Below are positions 48,230-58,600 of a stretch of 64,000 bases of DNA, piece by piece. Position 1 is the stretch's first letter. The number at the start of each line of letters is the position of its first letter. Origin of the DNA: Candidatus Tectimicrobiota bacterium (GTDB taxonomy: Bacteria; JACPUC01). A program made the position numbers and the translations under genes. The notes below the pieces were generated by a model. It was not told the origin of the DNA. It did not search any database and saw only the letters and a list, made by a program, of their open reading frames with translations. The DNA lies in assembly GCA_016192455.1 (NCBI GenBank), contig JACPUC010000008.1, positions 62,001-126,000 on the forward strand, in the 5' to 3' direction.

Positions 48230-49473
48230 CCGAGGACCCCTGTGGCAAATAATGTCCCTAAATCCGTGCCTCGTTTCCATTCGCGAAGGTTGGGGTGCTC
48301 ATCACCACGGACGACGTCGGTCGCTCCTTCGGGGGAACGCGCGAAGCACAGGATCTGGTCGGGATTAGCAAGCGACAGCATCACCGGGGAATGAGTCGCG
48401 CAGAGAACCTGGCTTTCGTAAGCAGAAGAGAGCGACTGGAACACCGTCTCCACCGCCCTCGGGTGAATGCCGTTCTCGGGTTCCTCGATGAGGTAGATGT
48501 GCCCAGGCTCACCAATATAGGCCAGCAAGGTGAGCGCCAACAACCGCATCGTCCCATCCGATACGGTCCAGGAGGGAACCTTCAAGCCGGTTTTATAGAC
48601 CACCTGGAGGTATCGATGTTTGTCTTCCGGCCGCTCAACGGTCTCGATGGTTTTTAGATCTGGTAGCGCTGTGCGCACGTGCGCTATCCAGCGATCGAAC
48701 GCACGGCCGCTCTTTCGGGAAAGGTTGTCAATCGTCCATGGTAAATTGGAACCATCCGGGCGGAATCCCTTTGGCTGTCCGGGTGGGCTTGGTTTCCGCA
48801 TGATCGCACTGTTGAGGACAAGGGTCTCAATTCCCTCGTTAAGAACTCCTTTCAACCATGTGGAAACGGGAAACTTCGATTCGTCCTCCGGAAGGTTCGC
48901 CAAAGCAGATTTGCGTGGGCCAAGCTTGAAGGCATGATCCCAGCCCTTTCCTGTTTCGTCATAGAAATTGTCATTCCCCCCCCGCACTTTATTGACGACC
49001 GTTTTAGCTCCCCTTGAAGGAACCCTGGTTAAGATCGAGTTGGGTGGGGTCGGCAAATCCGGGAACAATTCCTTTTGGACAGAAGCTTCTGGCATCCGCG
49101 ACATAAGAAGGACGCGTTCGGCAAGTATGGCATTTTCTTCCGTCGTTCGGTCAATGCCTATGGCTACTTCGTAACGACACGTATGGTAGTCAGGTTGTTG
49201 CAAGAGCCTCTGGCGTTCTTCTGGTATCGCCATCTCGACAGCAAGTTCAAACCTATTCCCCTCCTGCTGCCAGAATAGGTCCCGGAGGTTCTCCGTGCGC
49301 TCGCGCACCGCGGCCTCCAGTCCTCCCGACGCTAGTTGGCCGAGGAAGCGGGCTGCGTCCAGGAACGTTGTCTTGCCGCTTGCATTTGGTCCCACCAGGA
49401 TTTGAAAGGGAGCAACGTCGCGTTGCAGATTACGGAGGCAGCGGTAGCGTAAGGCTTCGATCCGTCGAATCAT
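48226..49473 (-). CDS. AAA_21/ABC-type ATPase resembling MADS MAD3
   Basis: GPNASGKTT, VSDGTMRLL, IEEPENGIHP, ATHSP. Confidence 0.85.
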   Translation of the reverse strand: MIRRIEALRYRCLRNLQRDVAPFQILVGPNASGKTTFLDAARFLGQLASGGLEAAVRERTENLRDLFWQQEGNRFELAVEMAIPEERQRLLQQPDYHTCRYEVAIGIDRTTEENAILAERVLLMSRMPEASVQKELFPDLPTPPNSILTRVPSRGAKTVVNKVRGGNDNFYDETGKGWDHAFKLGPRKSALANLPEDESKFPVSTWLKGVLNEGIETLVLNSAIMRKPSPPGQPKGFRPDGSNLPWTIDNLSRKSGRAFDRWIAHVRTALPDLKTIETVERPEDKHRYLQVVYKTGLKVPSWTVSDGTMRLLALTLLAYIGEPGHIYLIEEPENGIHPRAVETVFQSLSSAYESQVLCATHSPVMLSLANPDQILCFARSPEGATDVVRGDEHPNLREWKRGTDLGTLFATGVLG

Positions 49474-49507
49474 GGTGCTCCGATCTCCCGTCGATGGCCA
49501 GCGTACT

Positions 49508-49800
49508 TTACAGCCTCCGCGCAAACTTCGAAGAACCGCCGTGCCGGAATCTCCTGTTTCTCAAGATCGAGCCGGAATGCGAGGTCCTGGATGCGGGCCA
49601 GCTCGGGGCCTTGTCCAGCGAATCCGAGGCCACCTCAAGTCGGTACGTCTCAGCCAGTTGCTCTGCTTTATACCATTCGTTCGTGGTCAAGTGAACAGGC
49701 TGCCCAAGCGTGCGCCTCTTAACCTCAACACGCTTCACGACGACATCCTCGACAACCTCGCACCCCGGCTTGTCCGCGCGTACCTCAAAACCGTAACCTC
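49508..49800 (-). pseudogene. Decayed DUF3883 (NOV C-terminal nuclease-like) fragment
   Basis: GYGFEVRA...RVEVKRR..GQPVHLTTNEWYKAEQLAETY with no credible N-terminus. Confidence 0.6.
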
Positions 49801-50027
49801 GTTGACCTCCTCCTTCAGGCGCGCGGCGATTCGTGCTATGCTCAAGCGGGTAGGGCCGCAGGCTCTGCCCGCTTTTCCGTTCCGCAGCCGCGGTCGGTTC
49901 GCGCCATACCGGCATGGCGTGGGAAACATATAGCCCCGAAAGCATTTGCGAGGAACACCTGCCGTACTGCCAGGCTGGGCTGGGGAGTGCGCGGTCGCCA
50001 TCACCTCGGCGAGAGGAGGAACGTCTG

Positions 50028-51392
50028 ATGGGATCCAATGGGGGAAAAGGTGGCTTGTGGAATCGGCCGGCCGAGACGCTATCGCGCGCGGAGTACGTCC
50101 GCCTCCAGGAAGCCAAGCTGCGCGCTTTGCTGGACAAGCTGAACCGCGAGTCGCCGTTCTACCGCAGGAAGTTCAAGGAAGCCGGCGTCGATCCGACCGG
50201 CGTGCGCACCCTCGACGACCTGCGGCGCCTCCCCACCACCGACAAGGAGGACCACCGCCACAGCCAGCTCGAGAAGCCGCCGCTGGGGGATTTCCACCTC
50301 GTCAGCCTGCAGAACGGCGCCAAGCTGCACGGCTCCGGCGGCACCACCGGCAAGCCGCTCCTCTACCTCGACAGCCTGCGGAGCTGGAACTGGGTTTCCG
50401 AGGTCTGGGCCTACTGCCTGACGGCTCAGGGGGTCGGCCCCAGCAGCGTCGTTCTCATGCCCTCCGGCTACAACATGTTCATCGGCTTCTGGGGGGCGCA
50501 CCACGGCATCGAGAAGGTGGGCGGCATCACGGTTCCCGCCGGCGCCACCTCGACCGAGCGCCGCGTCGAGATGATCCTCGAGTTCGGCTGCACGAACTTC
50601 ATCTGCACCCCCTCCTACGCCATCCACATGGGCGAGACGGCGCAGAAGATGGGCATCGACCCGGCCACCACGCCGATTGTCGGCACGCACCACGCCGCCG
50701 AGCCCGGCGCCTCGATTCCGGCCACGAAGCGGCGCATCGAGCAGCTCTGGGGCGCGAAGTGCTACGACAACTACGGCATGGTGGAGCTCGGCAGCTCAAT
50801 CATGTACGAGTGCGGCGAGCGCAGCGGCATGCACATCATGGAGGACCAGATCATCGCCGAGTTCATCCACCCCGAGACGCGCCAGCCGGTGAAGGCAGGC
50901 GAGGAGGGCGAGATCATCTGGACGAGCATCGGGGTGCGCGGCTTCGAGGCCCTGCCCTTGGTCCGCTACCGCTCGAAAGACCTCGCGGTTTACACCGAGG
51001 AACCCTGCCCCTGCGGGCGGACGACGCGGCGCCTGGTCGGCGGCATCCGCGGCAAGCTCGACGACATCAAGAAGGTGCGCGGCGTCAACCTCTTCCCGCC
51101 GGCCATCGAGAGCACGCTGGCGCGCTTCGAGGAGCTGAGCCACGAGTGGGAGGCGGTGATCGACCGCCCGCGCGAGCTTGACACGATTACCGTCTCGGTG
51201 GAAGCCAGCCCCGGCTACCCGCGGGAGCGCTGGCCGGATCTCACCGAGCGGGTCGCCAAGGCCCTGGCCTCGGCCATCATGCTGAGCTGCGAGGTGCGGA
51301 TCGCGCCGCCGGGGGAGATCGGCCCGCGCTACGCCAACGTCCTGAAGCCGGGCTGGAAGCGCCTCATCGACAAGCGCGACGTGCCCTTCTGA
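50028..51392 (+). CDS. Phenylacetate-CoA ligase-like (PaaK family)
   Basis: HGSGGTTGKP, CTPSY, YDNYGMVE, PLVRYRSKD, KVRGVNLFP. Confidence 0.9.
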   Translation: MGSNGGKGGLWNRPAETLSRAEYVRLQEAKLRALLDKLNRESPFYRRKFKEAGVDPTGVRTLDDLRRLPTTDKEDHRHSQLEKPPLGDFHLVSLQNGAKLHGSGGTTGKPLLYLDSLRSWNWVSEVWAYCLTAQGVGPSSVVLMPSGYNMFIGFWGAHHGIEKVGGITVPAGATSTERRVEMILEFGCTNFICTPSYAIHMGETAQKMGIDPATTPIVGTHHAAEPGASIPATKRRIEQLWGAKCYDNYGMVELGSSIMYECGERSGMHIMEDQIIAEFIHPETRQPVKAGEEGEIIWTSIGVRGFEALPLVRYRSKDLAVYTEEPCPCGRTTRRLVGGIRGKLDDIKKVRGVNLFPPAIESTLARFEELSHEWEAVIDRPRELDTITVSVEASPGYPRERWPDLTERVAKALASAIMLSCEVRIAPPGEIGPRYANVLKPGWKRLIDKRDVPF

Positions 51393-51475
51393 TGGCTGGG
51401 GGAGCAGAGCAACGATGGATGCGGCGGCACCGGTATCGCCGTCGTGCGCGGCCCGCGCGCGCTGGAGGAGAGAGC

Positions 51476-51634
51476 ATGGAGCTGAACGTCGCCCGGAGCA
51501 AAATCGAGGAGGTCATCGCGCTGCTCGAGGAGCTGGCCACGGTGGAGGAGGCGTTCATCGCCAACAACGCCCGCTGCGCCCTCGCTTACCTGGAGAACTG
51601 CCGCCTGGCGTTTCCCGAGGTGCATCTCGGCTAA
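51476..51634 (+). CDS. Small helical hypothetical protein (52 aa)
   Basis: MELNVARSKIEEVIALLEELATVEEAFIANNARCALAYLENCRLAFPEVHLG; strong RBS GGAGGAG; host-like codons. Confidence 0.72.
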   Translation: MELNVARSKIEEVIALLEELATVEEAFIANNARCALAYLENCRLAFPEVHLG

Positions 51635-51676
51635 GTCGCCGGACCCTTGGCGTTGAGGGAATTGAGGAGGAGACGC

Positions 51677-53524
51677 ATGCAGAGACCACGTGCGGGCGAT
51701 CCCAAGGCCAGTGCTCGCGCACCGAGGCGGCGCACGACGCAGTCCGCCGCGGGCGGTGTGGCGGCTGCCAGAGCCGCCGCGCCCGAGTTCGGCTCGGATG
51801 TCATTGTTGATCTCTTGCGCGCGCAAGGCATCGAGTACGTCGCCCTCAATCCCGGCGCCACCTTTCGGGGTCTGCACGACTCCCTCGTCAACTACGGCGG
51901 CAACCGCGCGCCCGAGATCATCCTGTGCACCCACGAGGAGATCTCCGTCGCCATCGCGCACGGTTACGCCAAAGCGGCCGGCAAGCCGATGGCCGCCGCC
52001 GTCCATAACATCGTCGGCCTGCAGCACGCCACGGCGGCGATCTTCAACGCCTGGTGCGACCGCGTCCCCATCCTCGTTTACGGCGGCACCGGTCCCATGG
52101 ATACCACCCGGCGGCGACCCTGGATCGACTGGATTCACACCGCGCTGGTGCAGGGGAATGCCATCCGCGACATCGTCAAGTGGGACGACCAGCCGCACAC
52201 CCTGGCGAGCGTGCCGGCCTCGATGATCCGCGCCTACCGCGTCGCCATGACTGAGCCGCGGGGCCCTGTCTACGTCTGCTTCGACGCCGAGATGCAGGAG
52301 CGCGCCATCGACGGCCCGCCTCCCCTTCCCCCCCTGGCGCGCTTCGCACCGCCGGCGCCGCCGCAGGCGGAGGCCGGAGCCCTGCGCGAGGCGGCCCGCC
52401 TCCTCACAGCGGCGCAGCAGCCGGCGCTGGTCACCGATTTCACCGGACGCCACCCCGAGAACGTTGCCCACCTCGTCGCCCTCGCCGAGTTCCTCGGCGC
52501 GCCGCTCCTCGACCGCGGCAACAGCATGAACTTCCCCACCACCCATCCCCTCAACCTCACGGGGGCGAACGCCAAGGTCCTGGCCACCGCCGACGTGCTC
52601 CTGGCGCTCGACGTGCAGGACCTCTTCGGCGCCCTGCGCACCACCGACAAGCAGACGCGCCAGACTCGGCTGCTCTTGCCCGACAGCGCCCGCGTCATTC
52701 ACGTCACCCTGGACCACCTCGCCATCAAGAGCTGGGCCGCCGATTTCCAGGAGCTGCAGGCGGTTGATCTGCCGATTGCCGCCGACACCTCGGTTGCCCT
52801 GCCGGCCCTCCTCGACGAGCTGCGCCGCGCCATCGGCCGCAACAGCGCCTGGGAGGCCAAGCGGGACCACCGCGCCGCCCACTGGCGGCGCGAGCACGCG
52901 GCCCTGCGGCGGGGCTGGCGGCAGCAATTGCAAGCGACATGGGACGAGAGGCCCATCTCCGTGCCCCGTCTGGCGCACGAAGTCTGGGAGGTGGTCAAGG
53001 GGGAGGACTGGGTGATCGCGAACGGCGAGCTGGCGGGCTGGGCGCAGCGGCTCTGGGAGTGGACGCAGCCGCACCAGTACCTGGGACGCAGCGGCGGCGG
53101 TGGGTTGGGGTACGGCATCGGCGCGGCCATCGGCGCCGCCCTGGCGCATCGCGGCAGCCCCCGCCTCTGCCTCGACCTGCAGGCGGACGGCGATCTCCTT
53201 TACACCGCCTCAGGCCTGTGGACCGTCGCCAAGCACGAGCTGCCGCTCCTCATCGTCATGCATAACAACCGCAGCTACTACAACTCCGAGGAGCACGCCG
53301 CCGAGGTGGCCCTGGCCCGCGACCGCAACGTGGCGAAGCGAGGGATCGGCACCGTCCTTGCCGACCCCTGCGTCGATTTCGCCACCCTGGCGCGCTCGTT
53401 CTCCGTGCACGGCATCGGCCCCGTGGAAGCGCCCGAGGCGCTGCGGCCCGCCCTCGAGGAGGCGCTGCGGGTTGTCAAGGAGGGCCGCCCCGCCCTCGTC
53501 GACGTGGTCACCCAGGCGCGCTAG
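51677..53524 (+). CDS. Thiamine pyrophosphate-dependent enzyme (benzoylformate decarboxylase/acetolactate synthase-like)
   Basis: NPGATFRGLHDS, THEE, GGLGYG, ADGD...NNRSY TPP motif. Confidence 0.9.
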   Translation: MQRPRAGDPKASARAPRRRTTQSAAGGVAAARAAAPEFGSDVIVDLLRAQGIEYVALNPGATFRGLHDSLVNYGGNRAPEIILCTHEEISVAIAHGYAKAAGKPMAAAVHNIVGLQHATAAIFNAWCDRVPILVYGGTGPMDTTRRRPWIDWIHTALVQGNAIRDIVKWDDQPHTLASVPASMIRAYRVAMTEPRGPVYVCFDAEMQERAIDGPPPLPPLARFAPPAPPQAEAGALREAARLLTAAQQPALVTDFTGRHPENVAHLVALAEFLGAPLLDRGNSMNFPTTHPLNLTGANAKVLATADVLLALDVQDLFGALRTTDKQTRQTRLLLPDSARVIHVTLDHLAIKSWAADFQELQAVDLPIAADTSVALPALLDELRRAIGRNSAWEAKRDHRAAHWRREHAALRRGWRQQLQATWDERPISVPRLAHEVWEVVKGEDWVIANGELAGWAQRLWEWTQPHQYLGRSGGGGLGYGIGAAIGAALAHRGSPRLCLDLQADGDLLYTASGLWTVAKHELPLLIVMHNNRSYYNSEEHAAEVALARDRNVAKRGIGTVLADPCVDFATLARSFSVHGIGPVEAPEALRPALEEALRVVKEGRPALVDVVTQAR

Positions 53525-53609
53525 GGCAGCCTCCCGCGCCAGGGGCACGCCGCTGGTGTGTGGAGAGCTGAGAACACGTCGTAGAACGAATCAGTGATCG
53601 CCGGGCCGC

Positions 53610-54578
53610 CTACCGCTGCGAGATGCGCTCCGGCCGCAGCAGCAGGCTCGCGGCTTTTAGGGGCGTCTTGATCAACTCGTGGCGGTGCAGCGCATCGGCG
53701 ATGAGCTGCAGGCGCTCCACGCTCAGGCGGGTGGACCAGCGACTGAGCAGCATGTTCGGGGCCACGGCGTCGCTGAGCATGAGCCATTCCTGGAGGACAG
53801 ACACGGCGTTGCCCCGATCCCGCTGCAACCACTCGACGGCCTCCTCCAAGCCGCGCAGGAGGCGGTCGGAGCTGTGGGGACGCCGTTCCGCCCACTGCCG
53901 ATTCGCCGCCAGCCCCGTCAGGGGGATACCCTGGCCCAACTCGAAGTAGGGATAGGCCAGCGTCAGCATCTCTTGCTCCGCCTTCAGCATCGTGGCGTAC
54001 GGCTCCGGCGCCACCACTGCGGCAATCTCCTTCCGCTGGAACACAAACGGCAGCTCCCGCACGTTCACGGGCTGCAAGATGACCTTCTTCGGGTCCGCCT
54101 TGTTCTGGCGCAGCAGCTCAAGCAGAGCGAGCCTGGCGAGTTCCTCCCCTGCGCCGATGGCAACCTGTTTGCCCTCCAACGCCTTGATGCTCACCACGGG
54201 GTTCGCCCTCGGCGTCTGCAGGGCCAGGACATCCGGAATGGCATCCCGCGCAATTTCCAGGTTGGCGAGAATCGCCAGGCCGGCGCCCTTGTCGATGCGC
54301 TGCAAGAGGGTGGCGTAGTCGGTCATCGCCACATCGACGTTGCCCGCCACCACTTTCTCCAACGCCAGCTCCGGAGTAAGCCCCGGGACGATACGCACGG
54401 TCAGGCCGGCATCCCTGAAGTACCCTTGTCGTTGCGCAACATAGAGGGGCGCGGCGCTCGGCGTCGGCTGCACGGCGATGCGCATCTCCAACGCCGGGGC
54501 GAGGTGAGGAGTCAGCGTCACCACCGCGAAAACCCACACCAGCAGGAGAACGATCCGGCGACCCAGCAACGATTCCAT
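53610..54578 (-). CDS. ABC substrate-binding protein (NMT1/SsuA/TauA-like), orphan
   Basis: Signal peptide; APLYVAQRQGYFRDAGL, LEGKQVA, APEPY. Confidence 0.82.
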   Translation of the reverse strand: MESLLGRRIVLLLVWVFAVVTLTPHLAPALEMRIAVQPTPSAAPLYVAQRQGYFRDAGLTVRIVPGLTPELALEKVVAGNVDVAMTDYATLLQRIDKGAGLAILANLEIARDAIPDVLALQTPRANPVVSIKALEGKQVAIGAGEELARLALLELLRQNKADPKKVILQPVNVRELPFVFQRKEIAAVVAPEPYATMLKAEQEMLTLAYPYFELGQGIPLTGLAANRQWAERRPHSSDRLLRGLEEAVEWLQRDRGNAVSVLQEWLMLSDAVAPNMLLSRWSTRLSVERLQLIADALHRHELIKTPLKAASLLLRPERISQR

Positions 54579-55439
54579 CCTTCCTCTCCTTTTCCTCGAA
54601 ACTGCCTACGCCCGTTCCTGTCGCGGCTTTCAGCCTGGCAACGTTGCGCAGGGAAGCTCTTCAGGGAGCTTTTGGAGCGTTGCGAAGCGGCCATCAGGAG
54701 TTCGCTACCCGTCCCCCATGCACCCCGCAGGCGGCCGTTCTCGCTGAGTCACGCCTCTGCACTTTTGCCGTTTGACCCCAATAGAGGAAAGTCGTTTCAC
54801 AAAAAGCGTCTCGCTGGCGGGTTTTTCCTGGGACTCGACGAATGACCGCCGCGCCTCGGCGTCCCAGCTTCATGCCCGCTTCAGCCGATCGGCGGCGGTA
54901 GGAACCGCGCAGCAGGCTCGCAGCTTCCACTCCCCTGGCACCGCCGCGACAGCCGGATGACCCGCCCGCCATTCCTCACCTGCCCCATCTCCCTGCCTTT
55001 CCGTTTCTTGTCCTACAAAAAGTTGACGCCGATCTTCCACACTCTTCCCGGCACCTGGCCAGCACCTGCCACGATGAACGCCGCGCCACCGTGGGGTGAG
55101 GTGCGGGCGCCACAGCGGCTGCCGCGGTGAAGCCCGCGGACATCCTGGCCATGGATGGCGACACCAGACATCCACTCCGCCTTCTGGTCTGGCTCGGAGC
55201 TACGCCCGGAGCACGAGACCGCGCTGATCGCCATCTCCAGCTCGCCCGCGCTTTCAGAGCGTGCAGCCTTGCGGGCGATCGCTACCCCCTCCTTCCGGCA
55301 CGCGTAGGAACCAACGCTGATCATATGGCTGCCCAGCAACGAGGGGAGCGCTGCCTTCCTTTCATCGCCGCGCCAGCGCTCGGCTTGCCGGACGTCGCCG
55401 CCCTGGCGGGGGAGCCGATGTGAGCTTCGCTCGTGGGTA

Positions 55440-55455
55440 CGGCACAAACTTTGCT
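55440..55455 (+). promoter_or_regulatory. Putative sigma54 (-24/-12) promoter
   Basis: CGGCACAAACTTTGCT: GG-N10-GC, about 150 nt upstream of 55602. Confidence 0.55.
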
Positions 55456-55601
55456 TCCTGCCGGCATGGCTTGAGTTTCATGAGTTCGCACCATGCGATG
55501 CCAACGAGCGCACCGGGCGTGCGAGAGAGGTCGAGGCTGTCCTCTGCCATGAGGGCTGCACGCCTGTTTGGATATTCCCAGACCTCGGGAGGACTACCAC
55601 C

Positions 55602-58600
55602 ATGGTCGGGCGTCGAACCTCTATTCGTCGCTGCGCACGCCATTCCTCGCACTGGTATCGCAGGGTCGTCTTGCCCTTGACGCTGTGCCTGGGGATGATT
55701 GCCCTCGGCTGGACGTCTGCCGCCGCCCAGGGGCCGGACTTCGGTCCTCTCCCCGCACCTGGGTTCGGCCCTGCCGGTCCCGACTTCCCCACCGGCCCCG
55801 ATGCTGGCTTTGGGGGGTTCCAAGGACCTGGCACAAGCTTCGCCGGCCCAGGACCGGGATTCCCCGGACCGCAAGGCCCCACCGGACCAGGATTCCCCGG
55901 ACCACAGGGCCAGGGACCGGGATTCCCTGGACCGCAAGGTCCCGCCGGACCAGGATTCCCCGGACCACAGGGCCAGGGACCGGGATTCCCTGGACCGCAA
56001 GGCCCGGGACCGGGATTTGGGGGGCCCTCCTTTGGTGGTGGGCCAGGAGGTCCTGGTGACCCAACAGGACTCAATCGCTGCATCAGTCCGTTCGGTCAAG
56101 ATGGACGCTTCGCCAGCAGCGCCGCGAAAGGCCAGAGCCTCCTGGATGCGCTGGGACTGGGCAATGGCGAGACGAACGAGGCGGGAAGCGCCCTCCTCTC
56201 TCCCCCCGAAGGGCTGACGGCCCAGTACGAAGGATGCGCGGTTATCGGCATCTCGCGCATCTGCTCGGAGATCAGCCTCGAAGATGACGGCACCGCCATC
56301 ACCGGTTCCGCCGAGTTCTTCGATTCCGCAACGGACATCCGCGTGGCAACCGGCAGGCTTCTGAGCGCTCAGTTTGACAGCGAGCAGGCGAGCCTGACGA
56401 TAGAGCTTCAGGTACAGATTGCCAGGGTGCCGGACGCCCTCAACGTGACCGAGGTCTGTCAGGTTGGGGAGCGCTTCCAGTCGATTACCTGCCCCACCCT
56501 GGGAAGCCTCACCGCGGGTGGAGACCTTGGCGGTCACTTCGTCGGCAGGACACTCATCGGTTTCTCGCCGCTCGAGATCATGATGGACTCGACAGGGCTC
56601 GTCGATGGGGTTCTGCGGGCGGAGCTGCAGGGAAGCCTCTTCGGTAATGTGGTTGCCACGGCAACCGCGACGGGTACAGAAGAGACGGATGAGCAGGGGG
56701 GTCGCATCCTGCGGCTGCAGGGCAATCTCAGCCTGCCCGACGGCACCATGGCGGCATTCAGTGATTCGGGAGTCATTGCGCCCGACGGGCAGAGCATCAC
56801 CTTCAACCTCTTGGGAACCCTGAGTCTCCAGGAGGAAGAGGAGTTCCCCGGAGGTCCCGAAGACTTCGGCGGCGGGATTGAAGGCCCCGGGCCGCTTCCT
56901 CCTGGCGGACAGCCGGGCGGCCCCATCCCGCGCGACGGGCGTTTCCCCCCTGGTCCCGGCGGCCCTGGCGGCGGTCCGGGAAGGGGTCCTGGCAGGCAGC
57001 CCAACCAAAACATAGGACCACCCCCGTTCGCCATCATCGACCAGGGCTTGCTGGTCGTCACCGAACCTGAACGTTTCCCGCTGACGAATGACTGCAGGCT
57101 CGATGAGCAGGGAATCGTCCTCTGTCCCGTCGACCTCATCTTCCTCGATCCCCTGAGTTTCTTGCCCCAACCGTACGGCAACTTCTTCCCGCCCGATGCA
57201 GGATTTACCGTGCGCGCCCCCCAGGAGCTGGGCCTGGCGCTGCGCGTCCCGGAAGGATTCGGGCTGCTGCAGATGGGACCAAAGCCGCGGCGGCTGCCGG
57301 AGATTCCCCGCCTCGCCACTCTGGAGTGCCCTGACGTGCCGTTCCTCATCACGGAGGAGCTGTTCGTCTACATCTCCGAGCCTGATCACTTCTCGCCTCC
57401 TGCCGGCGTGCGGGTGCGGAATGATGGCTTCCTCGGCGCTGAACGAGGGTCGTTCTTTACCATTGAGGAGGTGTTTGGGCAGCTCGGCGAGGCGGTGGTG
57501 AACCTCTTCGGCGAGCGTCTCGTCGGCCTCCAGGCCGAGGAACCGGACGGCCTCCTGCGCTTCACCGACCGCCGTCCACGGCCGCAGCCACGTCGGGAGG
57601 AACAGAGGTGTCCGGCCGTCATGAGCGATGGCTTCATCGCCGTGCTTGACCTGAATGAGTTTGGCCCGCTGCCGGAAGGAATCAGTGCTGACGAACGCGG
57701 CTTCCTCGTCGCCAGCAATCCCAACGCCTTCTTCAGGGTTGAGGAGCTGCTGCCCGAAGCCTGCCGTGATCGCCGCTTCCTCGGTCCCACGATTGGCTTC
57801 ATCGCCGATCCGGAGTTCGGCGGCCGCCTGCGCGGCACCGACCGGCCCTTCGTGCCGGCGCCGGAGCGCGCTGAACCACCCTTCCGCAACGCCAACGGCT
57901 TTATCGTCATCACGCGGCCCGGGGAAGTCCCCTTGCCGGCTGGGCTGAGTCTGGATGCGAACGGCTTCGTGCTCGCTCAGGAACCAAACTTCTTCATCAG
58001 GTTCGAGGAGCTGATCCCGCCGCGCTTCGCCACCCTGCGTGAACGTTTCTTCGGACCCACGATCGGCTTCATCGCTGATCCGGAGTTCGGCCTCCGCATG
58101 CGCGGCACCGATCAAGAGCCCATCCAGGGGCCGCAGCGCGTCGAACCTCCGTTCCAGAACGTGGACGGTTTCCTGGTCCTCACGCGGCCCGATGAGGTCC
58201 CCTTGCCGCCCGGCTTGAGCCTCGATGAGCAAGGCTTCGTGCGGGCGCAGCAACCCAACTTCTTCATCAGGTTCGAGGAGATCATCCCGCAGCAGTATCT
58301 CTCCTTCCGCGAGCGATTCTTCGGCCCTTCCGTTGGGTTCTTCGCGGACGAGAACTCCGGCAACGCCCTGAGGAGCACCGATCGCCCGCCGCGTCAAGGC
58401 CCGGCGCCGACCCCCACGGGACCCCGCCAACCTGAGCCGATCCCGGGCGGTGGGCCAGGACCTAGCAGCGGACCAGGCCCCAGCACCGGGCCGGGACCTG
58501 AGCAGCCTCAGCCAAGCGATGGGACGAGCGGCGTGGTCCAACTCTCACTCTTCCTCATCCCGGAGAACATCGTGATGCAGGTGGGCGACAGCCGCTCGCT

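Noticed and set aside
55851-56018. Short direct repeats as a possible CRISPR array
   Set aside because: No unique spacers; period is a multiple of 3 with synonymous variation inside a CDS; no cas genes.
55362-58541. 1059-aa minus-strand ORF, and similar long ORFs such as 6115..8763, 32207..34189, 34306..36270, 51329..53149
   Set aside because: Antisense shadows of well-supported genes in high-GC DNA; no recognisable motifs.
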